NCBI GenBank assembly: GCA_963699175.1
Contig: OY969418.1
Location: forward strand, 5,959,101 to 6,023,100
Source: an uncultured Acidobacteriota bacterium
GTDB lineage: Bacteria; Acidobacteriota; Blastocatellia; RBC074
DNA length: 64,000 bases
Direction: 5' to 3'
The notes beneath the pieces are model-generated. The model was not told the DNA's origin and did no database searches. It worked only from the letters and a program-made list of their open reading frames with translations. Shown here in pieces: positions 60,904 through 64,000 of this stretch (position 1 is its first letter; the number at the start of each line of letters is the position of its first letter). The translations under genes and the position numbers were made by a program.

Positions 60904-63312
60904 ATGGCAAAGAAGGTTTTGGTGATTGAAGGCGATGCGCTCCACGATCAGGTGATCGCCGGGTTGGCGCAGGCGAATGACAGCGCCTTCGAATTTGAAT
61001 TTGCGGAGCGTCTTTCCGCCGGGCTGGCGCGCTTGGATCAGGGCGGCATTGATGTCGTGCTGCTCGATCTGGCGCTGCCCGAAGTGGAAGACCTGGTCAT
61101 ACTGATCAAATCGCAGCAACGCCAGGCGGCCTTGCCGATCATCGTACTGGTGGGCACTGGCAATCAGGAAACGCTCTTGCGCACTCTGCAAGCGGGCGCG
61201 TGCGATTGTTTGCCCAAGACCGGGCTGGATCGGCAAACGCTGCAACGCGCGTTGCAAGCGGCGGTCAGCAACGGGCGCGAACAACGCTTTATTCAGCCAG
61301 TCCGGTTGAATGGCACAAACGGCAACGGCGGTCAACACAAGGCCGCCACTAGCAATGGTGAGGGTGATATGGTGTTGAGAGAGTCGAAAGATCAAAGTGC
61401 GGCTGAACGAAAGAATCTGGAAACAGCCTTGCGCGAGAGCGAAGCGCGTTACCGCCTATTGGCCGACAATTCGACCGAGGTGATTATGCGATGCAGCCTG
61501 GACGGGCGTTGTCTATATCTTTCACCCTCTACCCAACGCATTCTCGGTTACGAGCCTGCCGAGCAACTCAATCGGCCCTTTTATCAATTCGTTCATCACG
61601 ATGACTGGCAAAAAGTCGAACGCGTCACCCAGCATTTGCTGACCGGTGCGACCAGCTACACCGTGATCTATCGCTTCCGCCACAAGGATGGCCATTATCT
61701 CTGGCTTGAAACCGAGGCGCGCTTGCTGCGCCACCCGCAGACGCGCGAGCCGCTGGAACTGATTGCCGTCACGCGCGACATCAGCAAACACCGCCGCACT
61801 GAAGCGCAACTGCGCCAACAGGCCGCGCTGCTCGACAACGCGCGCGACGCCATCCTGGTCACAGACCTGGACGACCGCGTCTTGCTTTGGTGCAAAGGCG
61901 CCGAGCGCATCTACGGCTGGACGGCTTCACAGGCAAAGGGCAAGACCTTGCGCGAGCTGTTCTATCCTGAAGGCTCGCCCAAATTCGACCAGGCGCGTGG
62001 CAAAGCGTTGGAGCACGGCGAATGGTCGGGCGAAACCAAACAGCGCACCAAAGAAGGCCGCGAGATCACCGTCGAAGGCCGCTGGACGCTGGTGCGCGAC
62101 GATGCCGGACAGCCGCGCTCGTTTCTCGTCATCAATACAGACATCACCGACCGCAAACGCATCGAATCCCACCTGCTGCGCGCGCAACGCATGGACAGCA
62201 TCGGCGCGCTCGCTTCCGGCATCGCACACGACCTCAACAACGTGCTTGCGCCGATCCTGATGGCCTTGCGCCCGCTGCAACAGAAATTCACCGACGACAA
62301 CAGCCAACGCTGGCTCTCGCTGATTCAAAAGAGCGCCGAGCGCGGCAAAGACCTCATTAGCCAAGTGCTCACCTTTGCCAAAGGCACAACGGGCGAGCAA
62401 GCGCCGCTGCAACTCGCGCAACTCGTCAAAGACATCACGCGGATTTTGAAGGAGACCTTGCCGCGCAACATCGAGCTCGAAAGCGCGCTGCAAGACGATC
62501 AGTCCTACGTCATTGGTGATAAGACGCAGTTGCACCAGATGCTGATGAACCTCTGTCTCAACGCCCGCGACGCCATGCCGCAAGGAGGCAAGCTACGCAT
62601 CGAACTCGAAAGCTTGCTGCTCACTGAACAAGATGTGCCGACTCAAGCCGGCGCAACCCCGGGCCGCTTCATCCGCGTCACCGTTACCGACAGCGGCATC
62701 GGCATTCCGCAAGATTTGATTGACCGCATCTTCGACCCGTTTTTCACCACCAAAGAACACGGTAAAGGCACCGGGCTGGGCCTGTCCATCGCCATGGGCA
62801 TCGTGCGCAGCCACGGCGGCTTTGTTGACGTGAGCAGCGAGGTCAACAAAGGCACGCAGTTCCGCGTCTACCTCCCGGCGAGCGACGCGCTGGCCGAAGC
62901 TGAGGACGAAGACGTGGTGGATATTCTAGTTCCCGGCCACGGCGAATTGATCTTGGTAGTAGATGACGAAGAAGGCATCCGTGACGTGGTCGAAGCCACC
63001 CTCGAAGCCTCCGGCTATCGCGTGCTCAAAGCGGAAGACGGCGAAGTGGCTTTGCAGCTTTACGAACAACACAAGGATGATATTCGCGTCGTGCTGACCG
63101 ACTTGATGATGCCCAAGAAAGACGGCGTCACGGCGATTCGTGAGATGCGCGCGCTCAACCCGCAGGTCAAAGTCATCGTCACCACCGGCGTCAAGCTCTC
63201 CGGCCAATACACCGAAGCGGCCAAAGTCGGCTTCGGTGTCTTTTTGGCCAAGCCCTACACCGCCGATGAATTGCTGGCGGCGTTGGATCAGGTCTTGCGA
63301 AAAGAGTCTTAA
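60904..63312 (+). CDS. cytoplasmic hybrid histidine kinase (degenerate REC - 2xPAS - HisKA - HATPase - REC)
   Basis: AHDLNN, NARDA, DSGIG, FFTTK, GTGLGL motifs. Paralog of the upstream kinase. Confidence 0.93.
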   Translation: MAKKVLVIEGDALHDQVIAGLAQANDSAFEFEFAERLSAGLARLDQGGIDVVLLDLALPEVEDLVILIKSQQRQAALPIIVLVGTGNQETLLRTLQAGACDCLPKTGLDRQTLQRALQAAVSNGREQRFIQPVRLNGTNGNGGQHKAATSNGEGDMVLRESKDQSAAERKNLETALRESEARYRLLADNSTEVIMRCSLDGRCLYLSPSTQRILGYEPAEQLNRPFYQFVHHDDWQKVERVTQHLLTGATSYTVIYRFRHKDGHYLWLETEARLLRHPQTREPLELIAVTRDISKHRRTEAQLRQQAALLDNARDAILVTDLDDRVLLWCKGAERIYGWTASQAKGKTLRELFYPEGSPKFDQARGKALEHGEWSGETKQRTKEGREITVEGRWTLVRDDAGQPRSFLVINTDITDRKRIESHLLRAQRMDSIGALASGIAHDLNNVLAPILMALRPLQQKFTDDNSQRWLSLIQKSAERGKDLISQVLTFAKGTTGEQAPLQLAQLVKDITRILKETLPRNIELESALQDDQSYVIGDKTQLHQMLMNLCLNARDAMPQGGKLRIELESLLLTEQDVPTQAGATPGRFIRVTVTDSGIGIPQDLIDRIFDPFFTTKEHGKGTGLGLSIAMGIVRSHGGFVDVSSEVNKGTQFRVYLPASDALAEAEDEDVVDILVPGHGELILVVDDEEGIRDVVEATLEASGYRVLKAEDGEVALQLYEQHKDDIRVVLTDLMMPKKDGVTAIREMRALNPQVKVIVTTGVKLSGQYTEAAKVGFGVFLAKPYTADELLAALDQVLRKES

Positions 63313-63331
63313 ACAGCTTGCCATTTGCATA

Positions 63332-63373
63332 GAGTGTCAGAAGCCCTTGCTCGCGCGTGGGCTTCTGACACTC
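63332..63373. repeat. 15-bp inverted repeat (REP-like or terminator)
   Basis: GAGTGTCAGAAGCCC...GGGCTTCTGACACTC with no U-tract. Confidence 0.7.
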
Positions 63374-63451
63374 GAAATGATTTGCTCGTCCCGCCAACGT
63401 CGGCTATCCTCTCGCCTTCATTTTGCCCCTATCCAGTGAAAGACACCTGTT

Positions 63452-64000
63452 ATGCAGAATCCACCATTACTGACAATCCTGATGCCCGTGTATAACGAGG
63501 CGAAGACGATCCACGAAATTATCAAACGAGTCGAAGCCGCGCAGATCGGCGATGTGCGCAAAGAGTTAATCATCGTTGATGACGGTTCAAAAGACGGCAC
63601 GCGCGAAGTCTTGCGCGAGTTAAGTCAGAACTCGCCGCATCGGTTCTATTTTCACGGCCAGAACATGGGCAAAGGCGCTGCGTTGCGCACGGCCCTTCAT
63701 TACGCCAACGGCGACATTATTCTGGTTCAAGACGCCGATCTCGAATACGACCCGGCGGAATATGCTGAGTTGATCAAGCCCGTGCTCGAAGGGCGAGCCG
63801 ACGTGGTCTATGGCTCGCGTCTAACAGGCGGGAAAGTGGCGCGCGCCTTCAATTTCTGGCACTACATCGGCAACAAGTTGCTGACTTTCATCACGAACCT
63901 GCTCTACAACGCGATCCTCTCGGACATGGAGACCTGCTACAAAGTCTTCCGCGCTGACGTCATCAAAAACATCCAGATCAAATCGAACCGCTTCGACTTC
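63452..64000 (+). CDS. glycosyltransferase family 2 (DPM1-like), 3' truncated by window edge
   Basis: Read manually: MQNPPLLTILMPVYNE, IVDDGSKDGT, GKGAA, QDADLEYDP, VYGSR, DMETCYK. Confidence 0.92.
   Translation, partial: MQNPPLLTILMPVYNEAKTIHEIIKRVEAAQIGDVRKELIIVDDGSKDGTREVLRELSQNSPHRFYFHGQNMGKGAALRTALHYANGDIILVQDADLEYDPAEYAELIKPVLEGRADVVYGSRLTGGKVARAFNFWHYIGNKLLTFITNLLYNAILSDMETCYKVFRADVIKNIQIKSNRFDF

Noticed and set aside
1-64000. CRISPR array, prophage or transposase
   Set aside because: No regularly spaced repeats, phage structural genes, integrase or transposase motifs seen.

Overview
64 kb of GC-rich bacterial chromosome. Gene content and intergenic repeat style suggest Acidobacteriota, possibly Blastocatellia (inference only). 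Four blocks: (1) 1-4620, a fatty-acid beta-oxidation operon (FadB/FadN tail, thiolase, YCII protein, acyl-CoA dehydrogenase) interrupted by a 42-aa membrane peptide gene and a VapBC-type toxin-antitoxin pair. (2) 4650-15074, mixed housekeeping genes: MBL hydrolase, FtcD, Ggt, a single-domain receiver behind a near-consensus sigma-54 promoter, YjjX, an AAC(6')-Ia-like acetyltransferase, glycerate kinase and a secreted beta-propeller protein. (3) 15071-49526, a ~34 kb minus-strand Wzx/Wzy exopolysaccharide cluster: chain-length protein, atypical BY-kinase, priming transferase, Wza-like exporter, XRE regulator, deacetylase, flippase, polymerase, four glycosyltransferases, two AsnB amidotransferases, AlgD-like dehydrogenase and a heparinase-type lyase. 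It ends in a tailoring block of a doubly frameshifted methyltransferase, a metallo-barrel protein and three CelD/BcsL-type GNATs around a JmjC oxygenase. (4) 50598-63312, a regulatory island of two paralogous NarL/LuxR regulators flanking an ECF sigma/anti-sigma pair, plus two paralogous cytoplasmic multi-PAS hybrid kinases, followed by a GT2 cut by the window end. I saw no rRNA, tRNA, CRISPR array or transposase. The most interesting items are the GNAT/JmjC EPS-tailoring cassette and the BY-kinase with a Walker A Lys-to-Arg change, no C-terminal Tyr cluster and a long N-terminal extension with Tyr-containing repeats. All family calls come from motif recognition, not database searches.
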